Shown here piece by piece: positions 9,165-18,105 of a stretch of DNA of 64,000 nt. The notes beneath the pieces were generated by a model. That model saw only the letters and a program-made list of their open reading frames with translations. It ran no database searches and was not told where the DNA came from. Within the stretch, counting starts at the first letter, position 1. Every line of letters begins with the position of its first letter. Both the position numbers and the translations under genes were made by a program. This stretch comes from an uncultured Pseudomonadota bacterium (lineage in GTDB: Bacteria; Pseudomonadota; Gammaproteobacteria; Steroidobacterales; Steroidobacteraceae), in the NCBI GenBank assembly GCA_963726995.1, contig CAVSEP010000004.1, positions 333,381-397,380 of the forward strand. Direction: 5' to 3'.

Positions 9165-10549
9165 GATAGGACCCACTCGTCGCCTTCAGCAGGAACCTCA
9201 CAGTCCCAACCGAGTTCCTTCTCAATCCGTTCGTGCAGCGCAGCCGAGGCGCGTCCCTCACCGTGCACAATGAAGGTCTTCTTTGGCGGGCGCCGAAAGC
9301 CGCTAAGCCAACGCAGAATTTCGTTGGCATCGGCGTGAGCAGACAGCATCGATAGGGTTTCGATCTGGGCTCGCACGGGCACCCAGCCCCCGTGAATCTT
9401 TATTTCGCGCGCGCCATTCAGCAGCGCGTCCCCGCGGGTGCCGGCCGCTTGGTATCCAGCGAATAGAAGGGTGTTCTTAGGATCAGGACCGTAGGTCTTG
9501 ATGTGGTGCAATACGCGTCCCCCGGTGGCCATGCCGCTGGCCGAAATGATGACTTTCGGCATCTCGTTTTGGCTCAGTGCCTTGGATTCCTCCACGCCCT
9601 GCACATAGGTCGCCGAAGCCATGGCCGCTTCACATACGTCCGGAGACAGCCGATGATCCAGCGGATGCCGCTTGAGCATGCCGCTCGCATTGATCGCCAT
9701 CGGGCTGTCCAGATAGATCGGCGTGAGTGGCAATCGTCCCGCGACTTTCAGCTGCCAGACCAGATACAGAAGCTCCTGCGCACGCCCGACGGCGAACGCC
9801 GGGATGATCACCGTTCCGCCGCGCGCCGCGGTGCGACTTATAACCTCTAGCAAGGCGTCGGCCGGCGCGAGCGCCGGATGCAGACGATCCCCATAGGTCG
9901 ACTCAACCACTAGATAGTCCGCTTGGGCCACCGGTGCCGGATCATGCATCAATGAGTCGTCGTAGCGACCGAGGTCGCCGGAGAAGACGATGGTCTGGCC
10001 GCCCCAACGCAACTCAGCTATGGCAGCGCCCAGTATGTGGCCTGCGCAGTGAAAGACTAGATTGGCATCGTGCCCGAGTTCTGACGGCTGCCTGAACTCC
10101 AGTGCCGTGAATTGTCGGAGGGCGCGAAGGGCGTCCTGCTTGCCGTAAAGCGGCAACGCCGGCTTGTGCTTCGAAAAGCCATGGCGATTGGCGAACTCGG
10201 CGTCACCTTCTTGAATCTTGGCGCTGTCGAGCAACAGGAGCTCACAAAGGTCCGCCGTGGCGGCCGAGCAGACAATCCGACCCCCGAAACCTTCGCGCAC
10301 CAGCTTCGGGAGATAACCGGAGTGGTCAAGGTGCGCATGGGTCAGAACCACCGTATCGATAGTTGCCGGATCGACTGGAAAGGCGCTCCAGTTCTTCAGC
10401 CGCAACATCTTCAGGCCCTGGAATAGTCCACAGTCGACAAGAATGCTGCGGCCACCCTCCCGCAGCAGATGCCTCGAACCGGTGACGGTGCCGACCCCGC
10501 CAAGAAACGTGAGACTTACCTTAGGCATGCCACTCCCGGTCGTCTCCAA
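9161..10549 (-). CDS. metallo-beta-lactamase fold / beta-CASP RNA-metabolising hydrolase
   Basis: HxHxDH motif (THAHLDHSG), a beta-CASP-type middle region and a C-terminal RNA-specificity-like domain (SAHAD...). The true start may be the MPKVSLTFLGG methionine at 10528. Confidence 0.85.
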   Translation of the reverse strand: METTGSGMPKVSLTFLGGVGTVTGSRHLLREGGRSILVDCGLFQGLKMLRLKNWSAFPVDPATIDTVVLTHAHLDHSGYLPKLVREGFGGRIVCSAATADLCELLLLDSAKIQEGDAEFANRHGFSKHKPALPLYGKQDALRALRQFTALEFRQPSELGHDANLVFHCAGHILGAAIAELRWGGQTIVFSGDLGRYDDSLMHDPAPVAQADYLVVESTYGDRLHPALAPADALLEVISRTAARGGTVIIPAFAVGRAQELLYLVWQLKVAGRLPLTPIYLDSPMAINASGMLKRHPLDHRLSPDVCEAAMASATYVQGVEESKALSQNEMPKVIISASGMATGGRVLHHIKTYGPDPKNTLLFAGYQAAGTRGDALLNGAREIKIHGGWVPVRAQIETLSMLSAHADANEILRWLSGFRRPPKKTFIVHGEGRASAALHERIEKELGWDCEVPAEGDEWVLS

Positions 10550-10719
10550 CTTCCGCGCTTGGCACCAATGGCTTCATTGGTCCTTGACCGACCCCATAAC
10601 GTAGGCGAGCGGATCGACATCGTTGCGTTGCTGACTGGCTCGCGCGGCATAAAGAGCAGTCAAGCGGGAGGTTGTGGATGCATTCATTTGCGGACCAGGA
10701 TAGAAGGTACCCACTCCTC

Positions 10720-12006
10720 TTAGCTGCCAAATACCAATGGCAAAAGCGCAACGCCAGCCAAGCCCGCGACGACGCTGAGCAGAAGCGGCGCGGCGGCGGA
10801 CCAGCCCGCCCGCCCGCGGGCGATTCCTAAAGCAAGGCCTGCCTTAACGAGGGTGTTGGCGAGGATTGGCGCAGCAATTACATAGCCTGCGGTGAGCTTG
10901 GTGAGGCTTCCCGGCGGCAAACCTCTCATGGTGATGATAGCCGCGTCCACGTCCAGCATGCCTGAAATACCGAGCACGGTCGCCAGGCCGGCGTTGCCGA
11001 AGGTCTGCAAAGCCCAACGGCCGGCCAGGGAGATGACCATGACGAGTAGGGCCAAAAGGAGCGCCGGAACCAGGTCAAAGGGGTTGCGCACCGACGGGGC
11101 TTCCGCGTGTCCGACGGCAGTTTTGCGCCGGCGTAGAGCCCATGCGACGTAAGCGCCGCCAACCAGCGCGGCCGGCGCTGCCACCACAGCCAGGGCGGGC
11201 AGTGCGATGGGGGCGAGCGCCGCCACCAGGATCAGGACCCGGGTGAACATTATCGTCGAGGCGAGGGCAATCCCCGCCACGAGCGCCGGCAGGTCCGCGT
11301 CGCCCCTTCGGATGCGCGCGCTGAGCGCGGCGGTCACGGCCGTGGAAGAGACGACGGCGCCAGCTGCAGCGGTGGCCAGCACGCCATTGGCCGAGCCCAG
11401 TCGCTTGCTCGCCGCGTAGCCCAGAAGCGAGAGTCCCGAGACCAAAACCACGACCATCCAGATCTGGCGCGGATTCCATGCGTTCAACGGGCCAAGGCCC
11501 CGATCCGGAAGCAGCGGCAGGACTGCAAACGCGATCAACCCAAAGCGCGCAATGGCCTGCAACTCCGGCTCGCTAAGGCGTCCAAGCCAAGCGTGCAAGC
11601 GCTGGCGTTGGGCGAGTACAAGGGTCGTGACTCCAGCCAGCACACTGGCCAGTACCAGGTTCCCGGCTGCCGCAAGCACGCCCACTCCGAGGGTAATGAC
11701 GCCGACCACGGTCGTCGTCGCGCTAAAATCGCCCGCAGTTGCAGCCCGAGCATAGCCGATGAGCAAGGCCCCGCCCGCAATGAGCAGGACCACCACGCCC
11801 ATCAAAGAGGAAACTTGGGCACTCACTTCGCCGGCGATCCCGCCCGCGAGCCCCAGCAGGGCAAACGTCCTGATCCCTGCGACGCGCGAGCGGTCGGCGT
11901 CAAGCCGATGCGACCAACCCCTTTCGATCCCGATCAGAAGCCCCAGAACGAACGCCAGGGCGAGCCCGGCGTGGGGTAGCATCGGAGCAAGACTATCGGC
12001 CGCCAC
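10720..12006 (-). CDS. MgtC/SapB family plus DUF4010 integral membrane protein
   Basis: N-terminal MgtC motif (LAFVLGLLIGIERGW) followed by about 10 hydrophobic helices, as in MgtC-DUF4010 fusions. Confidence 0.8.
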   Translation of the reverse strand: MAADSLAPMLPHAGLALAFVLGLLIGIERGWSHRLDADRSRVAGIRTFALLGLAGGIAGEVSAQVSSLMGVVVLLIAGGALLIGYARAATAGDFSATTTVVGVITLGVGVLAAAGNLVLASVLAGVTTLVLAQRQRLHAWLGRLSEPELQAIARFGLIAFAVLPLLPDRGLGPLNAWNPRQIWMVVVLVSGLSLLGYAASKRLGSANGVLATAAAGAVVSSTAVTAALSARIRRGDADLPALVAGIALASTIMFTRVLILVAALAPIALPALAVVAAPAALVGGAYVAWALRRRKTAVGHAEAPSVRNPFDLVPALLLALLVMVISLAGRWALQTFGNAGLATVLGISGMLDVDAAIITMRGLPPGSLTKLTAGYVIAAPILANTLVKAGLALGIARGRAGWSAAAPLLLSVVAGLAGVALLPLVFGS

Positions 12007-12319
12007 CGCACACTCTCTTCACATAGCCAACGTTATTACTTGGATCGCCCGTGCTCTGCGGGGAGTGGCGGCCCACGCCCATCGCAGGCCGTCCGTCAAT
12101 ATACCTGGAGTCGGCCCTGGCGGTTGTGTCGGGCTGGTAGGTCCGTTCGCGAATCCGACGATGACGATCATTGTCATATGGGCCGAGGCGCGGAGCGAGC
12201 AGCAGAACACGGGCCGTTCCGAGCCGGAAGCCGATCGCAAAGACGATGACCGCGTAAGCGACTCCGGCCTTCGCGGTCGACGCAAACAGTTGGCCCATAC
12301 GTTCCGTCATCGGCGGCAT
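11993..12319 (-). pseudogene. probable truncated remnant of a small membrane-protein gene
   Basis: The first 45 aa or so (MGQLFASTAKAGVAYAVIVFAIGFRLGTARVLLLAPRLG) look like the N-terminus of a small two- to four-TM protein family. After this the sequence turns hydrophilic and unrelated, and neither alternative frame restores hydrophobic helices. Confidence 0.25.
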
Positions 12320-12375
12320 CCTTGATGAGGCCTTCCTTGTTCAAATGCAGCAATCTACACGTTCCAGACGATTAA

Positions 12376-12704
12376 CTATGAATTTGTAGTATAGGGACCT
12401 CGTTCGACTCCCACCCCAGCCTTCAGAATCGAAGTACCTGTCCTCAGGAATCGGGGGAGGCTACGTACGTTCGACGGAATAGACACGTGATCGACGAGCG
12501 CCTGGCCAAGCACAAGATTCCACGGCGCGTCGAGTACTCCGAGATGAACTTCAAATGACCGGCTAATTCTTGCAGCAGTCAACGGCAGCATGGTCAGGAA
12601 ATCCGCGCTCTCGGCACTCATCGCACCTCCGTTCTGCTGCAACGTGCTGCGCAGACCGGCGCCGCATCGATCCACTCGTCGGTATCCACCAGAAACACGA
12701 TCAG
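12376..12704 (-). pseudogene. decayed PIN-domain (VapC/FitB-like) toxin gene
   Basis: A PIN-like N-terminus (L)IVFLVDTDEWIDAAPV starts at the antitoxin stop (CTGATC/GTG at 12704-12696) but hits a stop after about 22 codons. A C-terminal-like segment (NLVLGQALVDHVSIPSNVRSLPRF) continues in a different frame to 12376. Confidence 0.35.
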
Positions 12705-12886
12705 CCTCGGCGATCGACTTGCTCTTTGGCAAAGTCCTTGTCGCGGCCGACGTTCGGCATAGAAGCCGGTACATCAGCCAGGGCTCGTCGCCGGGGGCCT
12801 TGAAGCGCAGACTGAAGAACTTCCCGATGTTCCTGCTCAGCGCTGCGGTTGTGCTTTGCTGCGCGCTGCCGCAAGTTAGGTTTCAT
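12701..12886 (-). pseudogene. 5'-truncated FitA/VapB-like ribbon-helix-helix antitoxin gene
   Basis: LRQRAAKHNRSAEQEHREVLQSAL...ASMPNVGRDKDFAKEQ matches the RHH antitoxin pattern. The N-terminal beta-strand (TIRNL-type) is missing, and the reading frame runs into the 3' end of the FtsX gene (12876). Confidence 0.5.
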
Positions 12887-14066
12887 GCAGTGCATTGGCG
12901 ATGCTGGCACGGGCGGCGCGAATCGCCGGAAAGGAGCCGCCCAGGAGGCCCAGCGTACAGGCCAAGCCGACAGCAATTGCGATCAGGGACGGGGTGATGT
13001 CGAGCGCGTAGACCAGTTGTGAGTCGAATAGCGCGCCGCCCAGAGTGCTGATCTCCAGGCCATTGAAGGCTGCAAAGGCGATGGCAACTCCGATGGCGGC
13101 GCCGACCAGGGCGAGCAGCAGCGCCTCGCTCAATATTGATGCGGCCACGGCCGTGGCGGAAAAGCCGATCGCGCGCAGCGTGGCGATTTCGACGCTGCGG
13201 GCGGCCACGGCCGAGTGCATGGCATTCTGGGCGCTGAAGAATGCGCCGATGGCCATGATGGAGCCGATGGCATAGGTCACCAGCCGCAGCATCCGGTTGA
13301 TGGAAGCGGCGGCGCTGGCCAGATATTCGGGTTCCGATCGCACCACCGCCGACAGGGTCGGCTGGGCCGCGAGGTTGTTCGCGACGATGCCCAGCGACTG
13401 CGGCGAAGTCAGCATGGCGGATACGGTACGGGCCGCAGCAAACTTGTAGGCCAACATCAAGGTCTTGAGGTCGGCGACCAGCTCCGATTCCCGGGACCCG
13501 TTGCCGCCCGCGAAGCGGCCGACGATGGTCCAGTCGCCTCCCTGCAGGCGCAGCCGATCACCAAGCTCCAATCCCGCGAACTGGTTGCGCGCCGCCGCAC
13601 CCACCAGCAGTTCCTGGGTCCCGGGATGCAGCATCCTGCCGGCGACCAATTTGAGTTCGGGGCGAATGGCGAAATACTGTTCGCCGACTCCACGTAGTGT
13701 GACGTTGACATCGGAGTTGTCGCGCTTGCGGGCGACCGGTGCCTCCACGACCAGTTCCGCGGACACCATTGGCCGATCGCTTGCGTCGCGCCTAATCCCG
13801 GGTGCGTTGCTGATGGCAGCAATATTCTCCAGGGACAGGCTGCTGTCGGATTCATCGGTTGCAGTCCTGGACATCACGATGGCGCGATCGGCGCGGCCAT
13901 CGGCGCTGATCGTGTGCCGGAAGTTGACATACATGGTGAGCACGGCCAGCAGCACCCCGACGACACCGGCAATGCCGACCACGATGACCAGCGAGTTTCC
14001 GAGGCGCCGCGGCAGGCTTCGCAAGCTGAGCGCGGTCACCACCAATAGCTGGGTCGGTACCTTCAT
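12876..14066 (-). CDS. FtsX/MacB-family ABC permease (single module, 4 TM, large periplasmic domain); no ATPase in its operon
   Basis: TM1 (LVIVVGIAGVVGVLLAVLTMYV), an extracytoplasmic domain of about 220 aa, then three TMs with the FtsX core (IATLRAIGFS) and the typical C-terminus PAIRAARASIANALHET. Confidence 0.85.
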   Translation of the reverse strand: MKVPTQLLVVTALSLRSLPRRLGNSLVIVVGIAGVVGVLLAVLTMYVNFRHTISADGRADRAIVMSRTATDESDSSLSLENIAAISNAPGIRRDASDRPMVSAELVVEAPVARKRDNSDVNVTLRGVGEQYFAIRPELKLVAGRMLHPGTQELLVGAAARNQFAGLELGDRLRLQGGDWTIVGRFAGGNGSRESELVADLKTLMLAYKFAAARTVSAMLTSPQSLGIVANNLAAQPTLSAVVRSEPEYLASAAASINRMLRLVTYAIGSIMAIGAFFSAQNAMHSAVAARSVEIATLRAIGFSATAVAASILSEALLLALVGAAIGVAIAFAAFNGLEISTLGGALFDSQLVYALDITPSLIAIAVGLACTLGLLGGSFPAIRAARASIANALHET

Positions 14067-14070
14067 GGCC

Positions 14071-15213
14071 TCACCGTCTGCGCAGCGAGATTACGATGGA
14101 CATCCGTGCCAGCTTCGCGGCTGGCAGCGCGCACCCCAGCAAGGCGAGCAAGGCGGCGCAGGTCACGCCGCCGGCCACCACGGCGGGCGACACGAATATG
14201 GTGCCGACATCTTCCCGCGCCAGGGGCGCGAGGACATAGGCCAGGGCCAATCCCAGCAGGGCGGGCGGCAGGCACAGGCACAGCGCCTCGGCAAACGCCA
14301 GGGCCAGGATTCCCCGGCCGCTGAATCCCAGGGTCTTCAGGACCGCGAACTCGGGGAGTCGCTGATCCAGGGATTGCCGCAGGGTGTTGCCCGTCACGAA
14401 GGCCAGCGTGAACATCACCGCCACCATGATGGCGTCGGTGAAGAGGGCCACATCGCCCATCTGCTTGGCCTGGTTCTCGGCACGCTCCTGCATCGAGCGG
14501 GTGTGGGTCTCGTGGGAGGAGTTGGCAAAGATCCGGTCGATGGCCGCACCGGTGGCGATTGCCTTGGTGGGATCGGCAATGCGTACGTAGAAGATTTCCG
14601 CACTATCGCGATTCGCGGCGCGGTAGCCGTTCAAATACTCGTAATTGATGATCGCGAAATAGCTGTTGGCGCCGGGGGTGGTGAAGGTGCCGACGATCCT
14701 AAAGGTCCAGATCCCGTTGCCGTCGGTCTTCAGGATATCCGACTGCAAGGGGACGGTATCGCCGACCTTCCACCCATACTGCTTCAGCAACAGCTGCGTC
14801 GCCAGCATGCCGTTGCGGGTGGTGCGCATTGCCGCCAGGCTCCCCGGGGACGCAACGATGGCCGGCAGGACATCGAAGAAGACATCCGGAAAAGTGCCGA
14901 GCGCCGCGAGGTAGTTTCCGGGATCGGCGCCGCGGGCGTTGCCCGTGAAATAGGCGCGTGGCGCAACTTCCCTGATGCCCGGAATGCGTCGGATCTCGTC
15001 CATGGCGGCAATCGGCATGGGTGCCCCGCCACGAACGCGGGTATTGACCACCAGGGATTCCCGATGGGCATTGGCGATCGCCCGGGTAAATCCCGCATTG
15101 ACTCCCTGCAGCAGACCGAACAGTAAGAATGCGATGACCACGGAGAGTCCGGTGAATACGGTCCGCGCGGGCCTTCGCCACAGACCGGCCCACACTAACG
15201 GCAGGAACTTCAT
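14071..15213 (-). CDS. FtsX/MacB-family ABC permease (single module, 4 TM); no ATPase in its operon
   Basis: MKFLPLVWAGLWRRPARTVFTGLSVVIAFLLFGLL start (ATGA overlap with the kinase stop). FtsX core FAVLKTLGFS and C-terminal PAAKLARMSIVISLRRR. Confidence 0.85.
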   Translation of the reverse strand: MKFLPLVWAGLWRRPARTVFTGLSVVIAFLLFGLLQGVNAGFTRAIANAHRESLVVNTRVRGGAPMPIAAMDEIRRIPGIREVAPRAYFTGNARGADPGNYLAALGTFPDVFFDVLPAIVASPGSLAAMRTTRNGMLATQLLLKQYGWKVGDTVPLQSDILKTDGNGIWTFRIVGTFTTPGANSYFAIINYEYLNGYRAANRDSAEIFYVRIADPTKAIATGAAIDRIFANSSHETHTRSMQERAENQAKQMGDVALFTDAIMVAVMFTLAFVTGNTLRQSLDQRLPEFAVLKTLGFSGRGILALAFAEALCLCLPPALLGLALAYVLAPLAREDVGTIFVSPAVVAGGVTCAALLALLGCALPAAKLARMSIVISLRRR

Positions 15214-16589
15214 GGCAGGGCCGGCAGGGCCTGCGGAAATCTCAGGCTGAAGACACAACCGCGGCCGGTCGCCGAGCGAACCGAGATCGAGCCGCGATTC
15301 AGCTGCACCAGCTGCCGCGAGACACTCAGGCCCACGCCGGTGCCGTTGCGCTTGGTGGTGAAGAACGGGACGAAGATACTGTCGAGATGCTCCGGCGGTA
15401 TGCCGCCGCCGTTGTCGATCACCTGCACCTGGATTTCGTTCTGGGTGCTATGTGCGGCACGTACCACGATGCGTGGCTCAGCCGCTGTCTCGAGCGCCTC
15501 GATGGCATTGCGCAGCAGATTGATCAGCACCTGTTCGATCTGTCCGGCGTCCACGCTGATGCCCAACGGGTCCCCCGCGCATTGGATCTCCAGCGAAATG
15601 CCGCGCGCGCGCAGATCCTGGGACAGCAGCACGCGTACCCGCTCAAGCAGCGAGCGAACCTCGACAAACGCGAATGAGGCTTGCGGCAACTTGGAAAAGC
15701 CGCGATAGGCACGCACGAAATCCAGCAGGCCGCGACTGCGGGTGTGGATGGCGGTCACGCTTCGCAGCATGTCGCTTTGCTGTTGCGGCGACAGGGCGCG
15801 CGCCGCGGGTGTCGGGGCGGCCTCATCAATCATCGTCTCGCGCACCAGGCCGCTCAAGGAAATGATCGGCGTCACTGAGTTCATGATCTCATGCGTCAGG
15901 ACGCGAATGAGTTTCTGCCAGGAATCGGTTTCCTGCCGGTCGAGCTCCTGGCGGATATTCTGGAAGGACACCAGCTTGTAGCTGCAGCCCAGGAGTTCGA
16001 AGGTGGTCGTGTACAGCAGCAACTGCAGGTTGTCGTCGTCCCGCTGCACCGCCAGCAAAGTGCGCTCGCCATCGGTGGATTTGCGCAGCATCTCCGGCAG
16101 GCGCTCATCGATACGCGCGAATGTCTGCCAGCTGTTCAGGTAGGGCAGGCGAAAGAGCTCCCGGGCGGGCTTGTTCATCATCTTGACGTAGCCATGCTCA
16201 TCCAGACAGCACAGGGCCACGCTGACATGTTCGACGACGGCTTCCAGGTATTGCAGGTTGGCGGCCTTCTGCAGGTTGAGCCGCCGGAACTCCTCGCTCA
16301 GGAAGTGATAGGCGGATTGCAGTTCGGTGAACGTCGCCCCCTTGTCCGGCAACGTTATCGGCGTCGAATAGTCGTGATGCGCCACGAAGCTCAGGAAATT
16401 GGAGAAATCCCGGACCGTGCGCTCGACATAACGGATGAGCTCGGCGGCGCTGACGGCAATCAGCGCGAGGCACGCCAGGGGAGTCGCCAGCCAGCTGGTG
16501 TTGACGATGCCCCAGACCAGGATCAGGCACAGCGCGATCAGCAGCAGCACCCGCAGCAGAACGTTGACGCGAAAGTTATTGAAGCTCAT
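15210..16589 (-). CDS. sensor histidine kinase with two N-terminal TMs and almost no periplasmic loop (intramembrane-type), PAS-like linker, HisKA and HATPase domains
   Basis: TM1 and TM2 are separated only by NTSW. H-box LTHEIMNSVTPI, N-box LLRNAIEA, G1 VIDNGGGI and G2 GTGVGLSVS. Confidence 0.85.
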   Translation of the reverse strand: MSFNNFRVNVLLRVLLLIALCLILVWGIVNTSWLATPLACLALIAVSAAELIRYVERTVRDFSNFLSFVAHHDYSTPITLPDKGATFTELQSAYHFLSEEFRRLNLQKAANLQYLEAVVEHVSVALCCLDEHGYVKMMNKPARELFRLPYLNSWQTFARIDERLPEMLRKSTDGERTLLAVQRDDDNLQLLLYTTTFELLGCSYKLVSFQNIRQELDRQETDSWQKLIRVLTHEIMNSVTPIISLSGLVRETMIDEAAPTPAARALSPQQQSDMLRSVTAIHTRSRGLLDFVRAYRGFSKLPQASFAFVEVRSLLERVRVLLSQDLRARGISLEIQCAGDPLGISVDAGQIEQVLINLLRNAIEALETAAEPRIVVRAAHSTQNEIQVQVIDNGGGIPPEHLDSIFVPFFTTKRNGTGVGLSVSRQLVQLNRGSISVRSATGRGCVFSLRFPQALPALP

Positions 16590-17943
16590 AGCGCGTCATC
16601 TTGCGGTACAGGGTGGTGCGGCTCAGTCCCAGGGACAGCGCGGCCTTGCTCAGGTTTCCCTGATGCAGGGCGATGGCCTTCTGGATGGCCTGCTTTTCCA
16701 AGGCCTCGAGATTCAAGGTCGCAGGTTCCGGTACATTGGGGTGCGCGAACGGCAGATCATCCAGATGCAGCGGGCCGCGCTCATGCATGATGACCAGGCG
16801 TTCGATGACATGCCGCAGCTCACGCACGTTGCCCGGCCAGTGATATTGCTTGAGCCGGCGAACCGTCGCCGCGTCGAATCCCGGTTCGGGCTTGTGGTAC
16901 TTGCGCGCGAAGACGCGGGCGAAGTGTGTGGCGATCGCCGGGATGTCATCGGCGCGCTCGCGCAGCGCCGGCACCCGGATCTCGATGGTGTTGATGCGGT
17001 AGAGCAGGTCCTGGCGGAACTGCGCGCCGGCGCGCAGCTCCGCGGCGGAAAGATTGGTGGCGCAGATCAGGCGCGCATCGATCTTTATGGGACGGTCGGA
17101 GCCAACGCGGCTGACCGTCATGCTCTCCAGGGCGCCCAGCAACTTGGCCTGCATGGCGAGACTGAGATTGCCGATCTCATCCAGAAACAGCGTGCCGCCC
17201 CGGGCAACCTCGAAGCGCCCGGCACGATCCTCGCGCGCATCGGTAAAGGCGCCGCGCCGATGGCCGAACAGCTCGGACTCGAACAGGTTCTCGGATATCG
17301 CCCCGAGATCCACGCTGACGAACACCTGCCCCTGGCGCAGTGACTGCCGGTGAATCTCCCTGGCCACGAGTTCCTTGCCCGTGCCGTTCTCACCCAGAAT
17401 CAGCACATTGGCTTCGGTGCGGGCGACCTTGGCGATTCTGGAGAGTACCTGTCGCAGCGCGTCTGAGTCGCCGATGATCTGATCCACATCGGGCGAGGGG
17501 AATTCGTTCAACGTGCGCTGCCGGCTTTGCAGGCTGGCGACTTCCCGATCGGCCCGGGCGAGCCGCGCGACGGTGGAGACGGTGGCCACCAGCTTGGCGT
17601 TGTCCCAGGGCTTCACGACGAAATCCGCCGCGCCCTCGCGCATGGCGTTCACGGCCGTCTCGATGCCACCGTAGGCGGTCATCAGGATGATCTTGGTGTC
17701 CGGGGCAATGGCCTGCACGGTTTTCAGCCAGTCGATGCCTTCGCGGCCGGAGGTCGCCCCGACCGAGAAATTCATGTCGAGCAGGATCGCATCGAAGGCT
17801 CGCTGGGACAGCAGTGATTTGATCTGGCCGGGGTCGGAGGCCGTGACCACTGTCTGAAAATGACCTTTCAGAACCAGCTCGGCCGCGAGCAGCACTTCCG
17901 AATCATCGTCGACAATCAGGATGTCGCAGGGCTGCAGTTTCAT
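16576..17943 (-). CDS. sigma54-dependent response regulator (NtrC/AtoC family enhancer-binding protein)
   Basis: Receiver domain (ILIVDDD...LLDMNF), AAA+ domain (GENGTGKE, variant sigma54-contact loop GAFTDA, LFLDEIG) and a C-terminal Fis-type HTH (LGLSRTTLYRKM). The start is taken at MKLQPCDILIVDDD rather than the longer track ORF. Confidence 0.9.
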   Translation of the reverse strand: MKLQPCDILIVDDDSEVLLAAELVLKGHFQTVVTASDPGQIKSLLSQRAFDAILLDMNFSVGATSGREGIDWLKTVQAIAPDTKIILMTAYGGIETAVNAMREGAADFVVKPWDNAKLVATVSTVARLARADREVASLQSRQRTLNEFPSPDVDQIIGDSDALRQVLSRIAKVARTEANVLILGENGTGKELVAREIHRQSLRQGQVFVSVDLGAISENLFESELFGHRRGAFTDAREDRAGRFEVARGGTLFLDEIGNLSLAMQAKLLGALESMTVSRVGSDRPIKIDARLICATNLSAAELRAGAQFRQDLLYRINTIEIRVPALRERADDIPAIATHFARVFARKYHKPEPGFDAATVRRLKQYHWPGNVRELRHVIERLVIMHERGPLHLDDLPFAHPNVPEPATLNLEALEKQAIQKAIALHQGNLSKAALSLGLSRTTLYRKMTRYELQ

Positions 17944-17973
17944 GGCTCGGAGACTGTCCAGGTTGTACCGTAG

Positions 17974-17992
17974 TGGAACACAAACTGTTTCA
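17974..17992. promoter_or_regulatory. imperfect inverted repeat TGGAACA-N5-TGTTTCA, candidate enhancer (UAS) site
   Basis: 6/7 matching arms. It lies about 100 bp upstream of the sigma54-like promoter element in the divergent intergenic region. GGAAC recurs at 17996-18000. Confidence 0.25.
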
Positions 17993-18085
17993 TTTCGGAA
18001 CGATCGAGTCAGGCCGTGGCCTGCAGGCCGCATCACCCGGGTGTGCTAACTCATTGAATCAGTGAGTTTCTTCGCCTGGTGTGGC

Positions 18086-18102
18086 CCTGGCATGCATCTT
18101 GA
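18086..18102 (+). promoter_or_regulatory. sigma54 (-24/-12)-like promoter element CTGGCATGCATCTTGAT
   Basis: Matches YTGGCACGrNNNTTGCW at 15/17 positions with correct GG/TTG spacing. The -12 element reads TTGA instead of TTGC. It points into the HlyD-ABC operon next to a sigma54 activator gene. Confidence 0.35.
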
Positions 18103-18105
18103 TCT

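Noticed and set aside
10559-10575. TTGGCACCAATGGCTTC, which resembles the -24 element of a sigma54 promoter, in the mgtC / MBL-gene intergenic region.
   Set aside because: It is on the plus strand, pointing antisense into mgtC. It lacks a TTGC -12 element at the right spacing.
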